Source: Hypanus sabinus
Taxonomy: Eukaryota
Direction of reading: 5' to 3'
NCBI RefSeq assembly: GCF_030144855.1
Contig: NC_082727.1
Location: 40,114,001-40,178,000 of the forward strand
Length of the DNA: 64,000 bases
A program made the translations under genes and the position numbers. The notes under the pieces are model-generated. The model was not told the DNA's origin and searched no databases. It saw only the letters and a program-made list of their open reading frames with translations. Below, piece by piece: positions 47,364-60,715 of this stretch (position 1 is the first letter of the stretch; every line of letters starts with the position of its first letter).

Positions 47364-50300
47364 CATGGGCTCTTAACTCGTTGGAAAGTCTATTTATATT
47401 CAGTGTTGTGCAAAATGGTTGGAAGATCCATAGGCTCAAAATTGCTTGGATTTAATGAGCTGGCAGTACTGAGCGCTGTTGGGAAATGGGATTGCCTCAT
47501 ATGCCAGCACTTTACAGTTCTTAGAGCATTGTATTTCAGGGGTTACACACCAGCTGTTGAATGGTCATTGAATTTGACTTTGAGGAATCATCAATAGTCT
47601 ATTGGCTTACCAGAGAAATACTTCCCTAAACATTCAATTACAGTGTCTGCACAGCATGATTGGTTTGGTTCTAATATTGCCTAATTTGGCCATAGTCAAT
47701 TTGGACTCCAGAGAGACAGTCATTATTTCCCCTCCTGCACAGCTTTCTTATGTGAACAAATTTATCAAGAATTGATTGGCACCATGGAGTTGCAACCACA
47801 GAAACTAGGAGCAGGACAAAGATCATATATTTACTGAGTCAAAGCAAAGGAAAAGAAATTAGGACCATCAAATCTGTATTACTTCTTTAGAACACCAACT
47901 GAGTTTCTCTCACTCCCCTGCACACAGTTGTCGTTCAATTACTTTAGAAAGGAAGTTCTTGAATGCCAAAGTCCATCAAGCAATGCATTCCAAATTCTGA
48001 CCAGTTACAACAGGAAATTTTCTCTCCATGCCCCATTTGGGTGGTTTACCAATCATCTTAAATCACTCTCCTCACATCTCAGTACCTTTCCGGGTTACAA
48101 ACCTCCAACTTACAGACTCCCCATACACATGAAAGAGCATTAGGAGATCAGCGGGATGGTGAGGATGGGTTTGTCGGCTGCTGCAGGGCTGCAGGCATCT
48201 TCTGACAACTGCTAATGAAATAAGTGCCCTCCTTCAGCATCCCACCAACAGTCCATCCCAAGTCACAACTATCATGGGCTGGATTGAGCCAAGGAGAGCT
48301 CACTCTGAGTCAGTGAGGCCATCTGGCAGCTGCTCTTCCCATGCCTGCTAGCTCTCCCGTCTCAGCATCTCCTGTGATCATCTCCTACCAACTGTTTTTG
48401 TACATTTCTGACCTATGAATAGTTCAGGTTTCAAACAGTTCTCAGGAACGGAACGGTGTTGCACCTCAGACGCTGCCTGTGTTTAGCCCCTAGATTTTGG
48501 AAAATATTTCCCATTAGTTTCTGTCTAAGCTATTCATGATGCTAAACACCTTTATCAAACCTTTTCATTTTCCCTGTGCCATAAAGAGAAATCTCAACTA
48601 CTACACACTATCCATATAAATACACTACCCCATCCCTACATCTTCTCAATCACCTGATCCAAGTATAGGTTATCAATCTTTGGCATGTACTCAAATTGTC
48701 AGCATTAAAGAGTTGGTCCGTAGGGCCTGTTTCTATGCTGTATTGCTCTATGACTCTATGGTTCCATATGGACAATAATCATACAATGCACTATCAAAGA
48801 ACATTTTATCTTATCTACTGTATCATTGCTTTACATCACTGGAGTCAGATAGAACAGAAGAAACTAGATGATGATACTAATAAATGGAACCGGCAAGGAG
48901 TTAGCAGTTAACATCTGGCTCCAGTTATAAATGCCAAATGAGGTGGTGTTGAACAGACTGAGAGGAGGATTTGGCAGGTGTAACTTATTGCTGAAATTAT
49001 GCGTTTGATATGAAATGGATAAGTGTGTATGTTATGGAAGCCTCTCCTGAGATGTTGTGCATCCACACAGTGCACTCCATAACACCAGAAGAGCAGCTTG
49101 TGCAGGCTACTGAGAGACAGTTTTAGAGAAAGGTTGAACTGGAGACACAGCAAAGAAGGAGCAGTAATGTATAGCTTTTATGCTTTGTGCCTCAGTTTAT
49201 AAAGCTGTAGTCCAATATCATTTTGTTCTCTTTCCATCAGAGATTTTTACACAAGCAGCCCCAGTTCACTCTCTTTGACTTTGAAATGACAAGTTGGCAT
49301 GTATCGCCTTGCATGACCGAAGTATATCATCTTACACTTTTCTGCACTGTGTGACATCAGTCATCTGTCCACCCATTTCGATAACTTGTTCATGTCTTCT
49401 TGAAAACTATTACTTTTGCCTTCACTGCTTTATTACATTTCCAGGTTTAGCATCACTGTAAATATTAATATAATGCCACATAAGTTTTTTAGTGTCATGC
49501 AGTGTCAATGCCATCACAAATTTCAATGTGCCAATTCAAAGTCATCACAGCCACTTGGGTCGAGAAGTGTTTTCGTAAAATGAGCTACTCCATTTTTGAC
49601 AAAAATCTGATATGATGGAAGATGCAAGTTCGAAGTTAATCAATCATTATGAACTCAACTTGGCAACGTGCAAGAGACAAACAGTCCAAATTACTTTTTA
49701 AGGGAAGATGGACTATTTTCCCAGTTATCTATTTACTGTAGCACAACTGTGATAGGTTGAAGACATTTTTTATATATTATTGAGTTGGAAATAAAACTAT
49801 ACTGTTTATTTTACTAAAACATTTCTAGTCTCTAATGCCTGTGTTGACATTGAATTAGTATTGAAATTTGTGTTGGCATTGACATTGTATGACATTGAAA
49901 AACTTATCCACCAGAATAAATATCATAAGTGCAGATTGCAAAGGATGTTGTCCGAGGCTAATCCGCATACAGATAAGGGTTTATGGATATTGTAATGTGA
50001 ATACAAATATATTTAGGGGTGGAAGAGGGTGTAGAACATGAATCAGAAACTACTCTATTACTTGGTCAGATGCACGCAGGAATCTCTGACCTCAGTCCTG
50101 TAGAGATCTATAAACTGCCACAAATATTCCTCCCTAGTACTGAAATGAAGCACCTGAAGGAAATTATTTTATGATGGGATCAGTGCCACCAAGTTTCCCA
50201 TTTCCTTTTTCTGGTGCCAAGCAGAACTGGGAGTTCCAAGCAGATTCACAGAGAAGCAGAATTCTAATCATTTTCTTGGTCACATTGCTTAGCTGGCTCA

Positions 50301-50929
50301 TGTACCATGGTCTGATCATTTGAGAAAATTGGCGGAGGCCAGTTTGTTCACTCATTGGGGCTTTGCTTTTCATGAGGAAGAGAATGGTTGCTATATTTCC
50401 CCACCAGAATAGATACATGCATGACCCTGTCAGCTCAGGCAAGCAAGAACAAATCTTTTTCTCAGTTTGGTAATTTCCAGTGCATCAGTTTTTACAAAAC
50501 AATCAACTGCTCTGCCTTTTAAAATTTGTAAATGCTTCCCCCAACATTTCTACTGTCTTGAGACTTTAAGGTAACATTACCCCAGGCTTGATATTATAAC
50601 CTGCATACCCTGCATTATAAAGGTGCAAATAACAAAATAGATGTATCTGTATATGTGCACATAATGGGGCAAAAGTAATTCCCACTTCAAGCTCCAAAAA
50701 GATTAAAACACTTGTGTAATACTTTTCATTACCTATGGAGACCACAAAGCACTTCAAACTAACTAAATGCTTTTGAATAGCTGAAGGGATATTCTATCAA
50801 TTTACGCATTGTAAATCTGTGTAAACAGTAATAAAACAGCTGACTGAATTATCTATTTTTAGTTGATGTTGATTGAGGGATCACAGCAATGCCACGGCAG
50901 TGTTCAGACACGACAGACTGGAGATCTCC

Positions 50930-53900
50930 TCTACTGAGGCTGTATGGGTGGAATCCAGAATAAGAAAGGGATGACCATGTTAATGGGATTATATTACAGA
51001 CCACCCAACAGTCTGCAGGATTTAGCAGAGCAAATTTGTAGTGAGATCACAGACTGTTGCTGATTGTGATAATAGGTGATTTTAACTTCCAAATATTGAC
51101 TGGTCCATACTGCAAAAGTTATGGATGGGATGGGGTTTGTCAAATTTGTTCAGGAAAGTTTCCTTAATCACTATATAGAGGTTCCAACCAGAGTGAGTGA
51201 GATACTAGATTTGCTACTAGGGATTAAGACAGGGCAGGTGACAGAAGTTTGTGTAGAGGAGCACTTTGTATCTAGCAAACATAATGCTATTAGTTTCAAG
51301 GTAATTATGGAGAAGCGGTCCATGGGTTGAGATTCTAAATGGGAGAAAAGGCCAATTTTGATGGTATCAGAAAAGATCAGCCAATCCTGTATTGGGGCAG
51401 TTTGTTTTCTGGCAAAGGTATTACTTGCAAAGTGGGAGGCCTTCAAAAGTGAGTTTTTCAGAGTACAGAGATTGTACGTTCCTTTCAGAATAAAAAGTAA
51501 GGATAACAGGTTTGAAGAACCTTGGTTTTCAAGAGATATTGAGGCCCTAGTTAAGAAAACAAGGAGGTGCATAGCACATATGGAAAGGAAGGATCAAATG
51601 AGGAGTATAAGAAATATAAGTGACCACTTAAAAAGGAAAACAGAAAGTCGAAAAGAAGGCGTGATGTTGCTCTATCAGACAAGGTGAAGGAGAATAGAAA
51701 CACAGAAAATCTACAGCACAATACAGGCTCTTCGGCCCATAAAGCTGTGCTGAACATGTCCTTACCCTTAGAAATTACCTGTTTACCCATAGTCCTCTAT
51801 TTTTCTGAGCTCCATGTACCTGTCCAGGAGTCTCTTAAATAACCCTATCATATCCGCCTTCACCACCGTCACCAGCAGCCCATTCCATGCACTCACCACT
51901 CTCTGTGTAAAAAACTTACCCCTGACATCTCTTCTGTATACACTTCCAAGCACCTTAAAACTGTGCCCTCTCGTGCTAGCCATTTCAGCCCTGGGAAAAA
52001 GCCTCTGACTATTCACATGATCAATGCCTCTCATCATCTTATACACCTCTAGTAGCTCACCTCTCATCCTTCGTCACTTCAAGGAAAAAAGGTCGAGCTC
52101 ACTCAACCTGTTCTCATAAGGCATACTCCCCAATCCAGGCAACATCCTTGTAAATCTCCTCTGCACCCTTTCTATGGCTTCCACATTATTCCTGTAGTGA
52201 GGCGACCAGAACTGAGCACAGTACTCCAAGTGGGGTCTGACCAGGGTCCTATATAGCTGCAACATTACCTCTCAGCTCCTAAATTCAATTCCATGATTAA
52301 TGAAGGCCAATACACCGTACACCTTCTTAACCACAGAGTCAACCTGTGCAGCAGCTTTGAATGTCCTATGGACTCGGACCCCAAGATCCCTCTGATCCTC
52401 CACACTGCCAAGAGTCTTATCATTAATACTATATTCTGTCGTCACATTTGACCTACCAAAATGAACCACCTCACACTTATCTGGGTTGGACTCTATTTGC
52501 CACTTCTCAGCACAGTTTTGCATCATATCAATGTCCTACTGTAACCCCTGACAGCCCTCTACTCTATCCACAACACCTCCAACCTTTCTGTCATCAGCAA
52601 ATTTACTAACCCATCCCTCCACTTCTTCATTCAGGTCATTTATAAAAATCACGAAGAGTAGGGGTCTCAGAACAGATCCCCGAGACACTCCACTGGTGAC
52701 CGACCTCCATGCAGATTATGACCCGTATACAACCACGCTTTGCCTTCTGTGGGCAAGTCAGTTCTGGATCCATGAAGCAATGTCCCCTTGGATCCCATAC
52801 CTCCTTACTTTCTCAATAAGCCTTGCATGGGGTACCTTATCAAATGACTTGCTGAAATCCATATACACTACATCTACTGCTCGACCTTCATCAATGTGTT
52901 TAGTCATATCCTCAAAAAATTCAATCAGGCTTGTAAGGCATGACCTGCCTTTGACAAAGCCATGCTGACTATTTATAGTCATATTATATCTCTCCAAATG
53001 TTCATAAATCTTGCCTCTCAAGATCTTCTCCATCAACTTACCAACCACTGAAGTAAGACTCACTGGTCTATTATTTCCTGGGCTATCACTACTCCCTTTC
53101 TTGAATAATGAAACAACATCCGCAACCCTCCAATCCTCCGGAACCTCTGCCATCTCCATTGGTGATACAAAGATCATCACCAGAAGCTCAGTAATCTCCT
53201 CCCTCACCTCCCACAGTAACCTGGGGTATATATCTTGTCCTATCCCAGTGACTTATCCAACTTGATGCTTTCAAAAAGCTCCAGCGCATCTGCTTTTTTA
53301 ATATCCACATGCTCAAGCTTTTCAGTCCACTGTAAGTCATCCCTACAATCGCCAAGAACTTTTTCCATAGTGAATACTGAAGCAAAGTACTCATTAAGTA
53401 CCTTTGCTATCTCCTCCTGTTCTGTACACATTTTTCCACTGTAACACTTGATTTGTTATATTCTCTCGTATCTTATCCTCTTGCTCTTCACATACTTGTA
53501 GAAAGCCTTGGGGTTTTCCTTAATCCTGTTTGCCAAGGCTTTCTCATGGCCCCTTCTGGCTCTCCTAATTTCTTTCTTAAGCTCCTTCCTGCTAGCCTTA
53601 TAATCTAGATTTCTAACATTACCTAGTTTTTTGAACCTTTCGTAAGCTCTTCTTTTCTTCTTGACTGGATTTACAACAGCCTTTGTACAACACGATTCCT
53701 GTACCCTACCATCCTTTCCCTGTCTCAAGGGCTTCTACACATATATTAAGAGCAAAAGGATAGCAATGGATAAAATAGATCCTCTGTAAGATAAGAGTGA
53801 TCAACTATGCATGAAGCCAACTGGGGGGCGGGAGGTGAGAATAAATGGGGAATGATAGTGTCAGTGATTCAGAGAGCTGATGAGTCTGCCATGAATTATG

Positions 53901-54305
53901 CAGATATTAAATGGATTTATTGCATTTGCATTTACTCAGGAGATGGACACAGAGTCTATAGAAGTGCAGCAAAAATGCACTGAGGGCTCTATTTACCGAT
54001 TAAAGAGGGGGAGATGTTTGCTGTCTTGAAGAAAATTAGGGTGGATAAATCCCCAGGCCTGACAAGGTGTTCTCTCAAACCCTGTGGGAAGTAATGTTGA
54101 AGTTGTATAAGATATTGGTGAGGTCTATTTTGGAGTATTGTGTGCAGTTGTGGACAGGAATGATGTCAATAAAATTGAAAGAGTGCAGAGAAAATTAACA
54201 AGGATGTTGCTTGGACTTGAGGACCTTAATTATAGAGAAAAGTTGAATAGATTAGGATTTTATTGCCTAGAGCACAGATGAATGAGGGGAGATTTGATAG
54301 AGGTG
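50930..54305 (+). mobile_element. Old CR1-type LINE (endonuclease region onward), split by a younger CR1
   Basis: GLYYRPPNS, IIGDFNF..IDW, ILDLLLG relics; host sequence aaggtgaaggagaat (ends 51695) resumes as caagggcttctac (~53726). Confidence 0.8.
51696..53725 (-). mobile_element. Younger ~2-kb 5'-truncated CR1-type LINE
   Basis: VPEDWRVADV..RPVSLTSVVGKLMEKI..QHGFVKGRSCLTSLIEFFE..YMDFSKSFDKVPH; RPHLEYCAQFWSPHY; a few frameshifts and stops; (TTCTA)-type tail. Confidence 0.92.
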
Positions 54306-55364
54306 TTAGGGACTATTATGGGGTTATATGAATATAGCAGATATTAATTTAAACAAGAACCAGGCTTCAGTTCTTATTGTAAATGCAAATAAATTCAGGA
54401 AACTTGCAATTAGCCTTCAGTTGTTTTGTAAATTACAAGCAGCAAAATTGAAGTTACAAGCACAAATGAAGAAACTGCATAAACAACAGCAAGACAATAA
54501 GGTTGTGTCAATCGCCCTGCATCATCTGCCCTTCATTCAATGACAATGTAATTGTAATTATTGAAACTGTTTTGAACCTCCTACTATAACCATTGACCCT
54601 AAGGGAATAAAAAATGTGATGTTCATTGAATTTGTGAGCCTCTACCAGAAGCGTCTCTAGAATGATGCCTGCTTATTGTGTTGAACAAAGACTTTTATAT
54701 CATCAGCTTCAGCGTTTCTCCAGTGACTTTCTTCATAATCACAATATTTTGGGGCTCATCCAGGATACGATCGTGACCCACCCTGTGACCAGTGATCTCA
54801 GCACCCACACTTAGTTTTGCTCAGCTCAACAACCATAGGATGTGTGTGTAAGGGACCAGCTGTCAGGCAGTCTTGGGTCGCTTGGCAAAACAGGGCCACC
54901 CATTATGACAGAATAGCCCAGAGATTGCGGGATGGTACATGGGCAACTTGTGGGAATGACAATATCAGTGCTTTAAGGGGGAAATGAGGGAGGTGAGAAT
55001 AACTGGGGAATTATAATGCCAGTGGTTTAGAGAGCTGATGAGCCTGCCAAGGTTTATGCAGAGTGTAGCTGTTGAGTGTATGAGGAGTATTCACGGTTGG
55101 ACAATCCAGGGAGGGATGCGCCAGTCTTCCTGAAAATGCTGAGTTCAGCCCACAGGAAGTTTTAGATTTGGGGATAGCAGTGGGATTGACCAACCATGGA
55201 AAAGTATAATGGAGTGGAGTGATGGACTGGAGGAGAAAAGGAAGAGAAGTCATAATGTGGCTGTAGTGGACATATCTGCTGTGAAGGTGTAGAGAACTTG
55301 CTTTGTATGCCAGCTACCAGGGCACATAGCAAGGGAGCGCCAGAAAGCTGAAGGAGCTCATAAT

Positions 55365-56865
55365 TCTCCAAGTGAGGCCTCGCTAGTGCTCTATGAAGTC
55401 TCAATGTTACATCCTTTTATATTCTAGACCTCTTGAAATGAATGCTAATATTGTATCTGCCTTCCTCACCACAGACTCAACCTGCAAATTAGCCTTTAAG
55501 GAATCCTGCACAAGGACTCCCAAGTCCCTTTGTGCCTCAGTTTTTTGTATTTTCCCTCCATTCAGAAAATAATAAACCCTTTCATTTCTTCTACCAAAGT
55601 GCATGACCATACGATCTCTGGTGAAAGAAATCCCTCACCTCCATTCTAAATGAACACCCCTCTATTTTGATCCCCTCTGGTCTTAGATCCCGTCATAGGA
55701 AACATCAACTATCAAGGCCTTTCACCATTCAACAGGTTTCAATTGGGTCACCTGTCATTCTTCTGAATTCCAGTGAATACAGGCCCAGAGCCATCAAACA
55801 CTCTTCATTTGTCAAGCCATTCAATCCTGGAATCATTTTTGTGAACCTCCTTTGAACTCTTCCCAGTTTCAGCACACCCTTTCTCAGATAAGGGGACCTA
55901 AACTGCTCACAATACTCTGTGAGGTCTCACCAGTTCTTTATAAAGCCTCAACATTACATCCTTGCTTTTATATTCTGATTCTCTTGAAATTAATGCTAAC
56001 ATCACATTTGCCTTTCTCACCACGGAGTCAGCCTGAACTGACACCAATTTACTGCCCTCTACTGTGCCTATTGTCTTTTGTATTATTTATTGTAATACCT
56101 GCACTGTTTTGTGCACTTTATGCTGTCCTGGGTAGGTCTGTAGTCTAGTGTAGTTTTTCTTTTCTGTGTTGTTTTTATGTAGTTCAATGTAGTTTTTGTA
56201 CTGTTTCATGTCGCACCATGGTCCTGAAAAATGTTGTCTCGTTTTTACTTTGTACTGTACCAGCAGTTATGGTCGAAATGACAATAAAAAGTGACTTGAA
56301 TTGACTTGACTTGACTTGACTTGAACCTGAAAATTAACCCTTAGAGGATCCCGCACAAGCACTCCCAAATCCCATTGCACCTCAGATTTTTGTAGTTTTG
56401 TCTCCATTTAGAAAATAGTCACTCTTTCATTTCTTCTACCAAAGTGCATGGCCATACACTTCCCAACACTGTATTCCATCTGCCACTTCTTTATCCATTC
56501 TAAGTCTTTCTGTAACCTCTGCACTTCCTCAAAACCTGCCCCAGCACCTAACTGTATCATCCGCAAACTTTGCAACAAAGCCATCAATTTGATCATCCAA
56601 ATCATTAACATATAACCTAAAAAGAATTGGTCCCAACAAAGACCCCTGTGGAACACCACGAATCACTGGCAGCCAACCAAAAAAGGCTCTCTTTATTTCC
56701 ACTCTTTGCCTCCTGCCTATCAGCCACTGCTTTATCCACGTTAGAATCTTTCCTGTAATACCATGCGCCTGTAGCTTGTTAAGCAACCTTATCAACCTGT
56801 GGCTTGTTAAGCAACCTCATCAACCTGTGGCACCTTGTCAAAGGCCTTCTGAAAATCCAAGTACA
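55365..56865 (-). mobile_element. CR1-type LINE fragments (rearranged or duplicated), with a Rex1 insert
   Basis: GVPQGSLLGPILF..YVNDLD..VAKFADDT; two copies of MHFGRRNERV. Confidence 0.85.
56030..56324 (+). mobile_element. Young Rex1/Babar 3' UTR (third copy of the 3820-4834 subfamily)
   Basis: Near-identical to 23390-23665; (GACTT)n tail; interrupts CR1 host. Confidence 0.85.
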
Positions 56866-56889
56866 CTAACTGTATTGAGACAAGTAATT

Positions 56890-57710
56890 TACACAGAGGG
56901 TGTGCAACTAGCTGCTAGTGGAAGTGGTGGATGCAAGTTCGACTTCAACACTTAAGAGAAAATTTGGATAGATACATACATGGGAGGGATACGGAGGGCC
57001 ATGGTCTGGAGCAGGTCAATGGGGCTAGGCAGATTAATAATTTAGCATGAACTAGGTGGGCTGAAGGGCCTGTTTCTTTGCCATAGTGTTCTATGACTCT
57101 ACTATGCTGTATTTCTAAATAAGTATTAAGAGCTCATGTCATAAAACTTGTTCCTGATAACAACAGAAATATTACAGAATCTGGGATTTGGTTAGATTCC
57201 TGAAATATCAATTTCTTTATGCATGACGGCTCATAAAATGGACAATCCTTGTAATGAAGAAATAGTTCTTACTTTTAAAAGATAAAGGAAATGGGAGAAG
57301 GGAAATCTGACAGCAACCTAATGTGCAAATAATGCAGTAAACTTCAACTGCACTCAGCCCCGCTGATCCTCCAATTCTGAGAACAGAACAATAGCAAATG
57401 CACACTGATTTAATGGGGATTGAAGTCATATTGAAAATGTACCTGTCTCACACAAAGAAATGCAGAATTTGGGGATCTGAGGAAAAGTTTTTTTTTACCC
57501 AAAGGGTGGTTGGTATCTGTAATATGCTGCTGGAGGGAGTGGTGAAATTGAATATCATCACTAAGTTTAACAGGCATTTAGGCAGGCACTTCAATAGGAA
57601 AGGCATGCAAGGATATGGACCAAATATCGGCAAGTGGGATTAGAACAAGTGGACAAAAAATGTCACCTTGGATGAAGGGCTAATTTCTGTGTTCTCCACC
57701 TCTATGACTT
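56890..57710 (+). mobile_element. Two short CR1 3' ends (~56890-57100 and ~57470-57710)
   Basis: FFTQRVVGICN relic; gggctgaagggcctgtttct..ttctatgactcta tails. Confidence 0.7.
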
Positions 57711-58769
57711 TATTAGAAATGAGTTATAAAATTTAAAATATGACTGATAGGGGAAAGACAAAGTGTGTCACGAGGCTCACTTGATTATAACAAATAGAAC
57801 TATCAAAAGTTGAAAATAAAGCAATTTAAAAGCAGAGTATGTTAGATAACCTTTGTTTTAGTCTACTTAAGCCACCTCCACAACTCTTTTTAATGTATGT
57901 CTACAACTCCTGCACTCATACAAAACTCAAATATATCATTACTTTTGCCGTCATTTCTCACTGTGCTTTGTTTCATATGGTCTATCTCTATCTTGGCGGA
58001 TCTCTCCATCTCAGACATCTACAAATTCATACAAATGTCTCAGCTATTTTTCCTCTTATCCTGTTTCTTGTCAGGACTCTCTTCTAATTTCCTATGTCCT
58101 ATCTCCGTTGCACCTGCTCCAATAATGAGAATTTCAACACAGGTACTTCTGAGTTGCCTTGCAGAGTTCCCTCGCCTAAAGATGACTGAGCCTTGACTGT
58201 ATCCTTCCTATTTTCCAGGATGCTGGTCTCGTGCTTTTTCCTTCTGCAGAGTTCCCCTTTTTCTCACTCTCCACTCCACCAACCTCTGCATTCAATTCCA
58301 TGAGATTCCATCACCAGACACATTTTTCCCTTCCAGAAGGCCAGAGGGACAGCTTCCTTCACCATTTTTGTTGAGTATTTCAAGCATTTTTTGCCATTGT
58401 TTCAGACTTCCAACATCTGCAGATTCCTGGAATGTTCATTGCAAGTGTATTGTTTTGGACTTACTGCTGAAAGATGAACTACTTTTCATTCTAAAGTCCC
58501 TGTAGGTATCAGATTGTGAACCATGCCTTTTAATATGACTAGGGTTTAGAGCTTTTTCTAAAGTGAACCATGCGGCCATGTATTGCCTATATCCACATTG
58601 GCAGCCACTGCTTACATCATGGATTAGCAAATGAATGGAATTGAATGCAGGAACAAGTTACTTGAAATCAAAAAATCCAATTCAATTCAAAGCCAAGTCA
58701 GAAGATCAATGTACTGCTCTTTGACCAGCTGTCTTTTTACCATAGCAGTACAATTTAGCTCAGGTGCTC

Positions 58770-60715
58770 CCATCCCAGCAACATCCTTGTAATTTACTTC
58801 TGTACTCTTTCAACCCTATTTACATCTTTCCTGTAGGTGACTGAAGCTGCACACAATATTTCAATTTAGACCTCTCCAGCATCTTATACAAATTCAACAC
58901 ATCTCATCTCCTGTACTCAATATATTAATTTAGGAAGGCCAATGTACCAATTTATGACCCTATCAACCTGTGACACCACTTTCAATGAATTATGGATCTG
59001 CATTCCCAGATCCCTTTGTTCAATCGCACTCCTCAGTTTCCTATCATTCACTGTATAAGAGCTAGCCTGGTTGGTCCTACCAAAGGGCCACACCTTGCAT
59101 TTTTCTGCATTAAGAAAATGCAGAAAACCCTCCAATTTTTCAGCCCATTTTTGACAATTGGTCCAGATCCCACAGCTAGCTTTGATATTCTTCCTCGCTG
59201 GCCACTATACCCCAAATCTTAGTGTCATCCACAAATTTGCTGATCCAGTTCACCATATTGTGATCCAGATCATTGATCTAGATGACAAAAACAACAGTGG
59301 ACCCAGCACCAATCCCTGTTGCACTCCACTATTCACAGACCTCCAGTCAGAGAGGCAACCACATACTACCAGTCCCTGACTTCTCCCAAAAAGCCAATGG
59401 TTAATCTAACTTACTACCTCATCTTGAATGCCAAGTGATTGAACCTTCCTGACCAACCTCCCAAGCAAGATCTTGTCAAGTACCTTTCTAAAGTCCATGT
59501 AGACAACATCACTCTATTGCCTTCAGCAACTTTCCTAGTTATATCCTTGAAAAAATCCATAGGATTGTTTTGACACAACCTACAATGCTAAAAGTCATAC
59601 CCTCTACCCCTAATCAGTCCATATACCCATATATCTAGTCCCTTAGAATACCTTCCAACAATTTTCACAGTACTGATGTCAGGTTCACAAGCCTATAATT
59701 TCCTGGTTTAAATTTCCTCCAATCCTCCGGTACTTCAGCCATTGCTAAGGATGATTTAAGTACCTCTACTAGGGCCCCTGCAATTTCTGCACTTGATTCC
59801 CTCACGAGCTGATGGAACACCTTGTCATGTCCTAATCTGCCTCAAGACTGGAAACATCTCCTCCTCTGTAATCTGTATAGGGACCATGAAATGAATGCAA
59901 TGTTGCCCCACTCCTATATGTCCATCTCCTAAGTAAGTACAGATGCAAAAAAAAAACATTTAAGATCTCTCCCATGTCTTTTGGCTCCACCCATGGATCA
60001 TCATTCTGATCTTCCAGAGACCAGTTTTCCCCCTTGCAATCATTTTGCTCTTAAGGAATCTGTAGAATCCCTTAGGATTCTCCTTCACCTTCTTAGCTAG
60101 GGCAACCTCATATCTTCTTTTAGCCTTCCTGATTTCTTTCTTAAGTGGTGCCTTGTATTTCTTATACTCCACAAGTACCTCATTTGTTCCTACCTAAGTT
60201 GTTCTTCTCTGTGCCTCGTGGTTCATTGGGCAGCAACTTTACTGTTTCTTTAGCATTTGTCTGTTTTTTTATTAATGAGGCCGAGTTGCTAGCTTGATGC
60301 TCAATCAACCACGAATGGAAAACGTGCAAGGAGCTGGCTGGATTCGAACATGGAACCACTTGCCCCAAAGTCTAGTGCAGATGCCACTACACCACCAACC
60401 GGCTTATATCGACTATGCACCTCCTTTTTTCTTTCCCCTTAACCAGGGCCTCAATATCTCTTGAAAACCAAGGTTCCCAAAACCTGTTATCTTTACCTCT
60501 TATTCTGACAGGGATATACAAGCTTTATGCTCTCAAAATTTCACTTTTGAAGGCGCCCCACTTACCAACTACACCTTTGCCGGAAAACAGCCCAATCCTC
60601 ACCTGCCATCTTCACTCTGATACCATCAAAATTGGCCTTTATCCAATTTAGCATCGCAATCTAAGCAACAGACCTATCTTTTTCCATAGTTACTTTGAAA
60701 CTAATGGCATTATGA
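58770..60715 (-). mobile_element. Degenerate CR1-type LINE, interrupted by a tRNA-SINE
   Basis: LKKEIRKAKRRYE..KENPKGFY, SKFVDDTK, EQRDLGMQIHNSLKV relics. Confidence 0.85.
60210..60405 (-). mobile_element. tRNA-derived SINE
   Basis: Minus strand gccggttggtggtgtagtgg (A box)...GTTCGAATCC (B box); same family as 38160-38335. Confidence 0.72.

Noticed and set aside
53877-53912. CTGATGA followed by a GTCTGC/GCAGAT stem, resembling a hammerhead
   Set aside because: No GAAA after the stem in either copy (53877 or 55035).
56768-56832. 28-bp tandem duplication (cctgt(a/g)gcttgttaagcaacct(t/c)atcaa)
   Set aside because: Local slippage within a dead CR1; no spacers, so not CRISPR-like.
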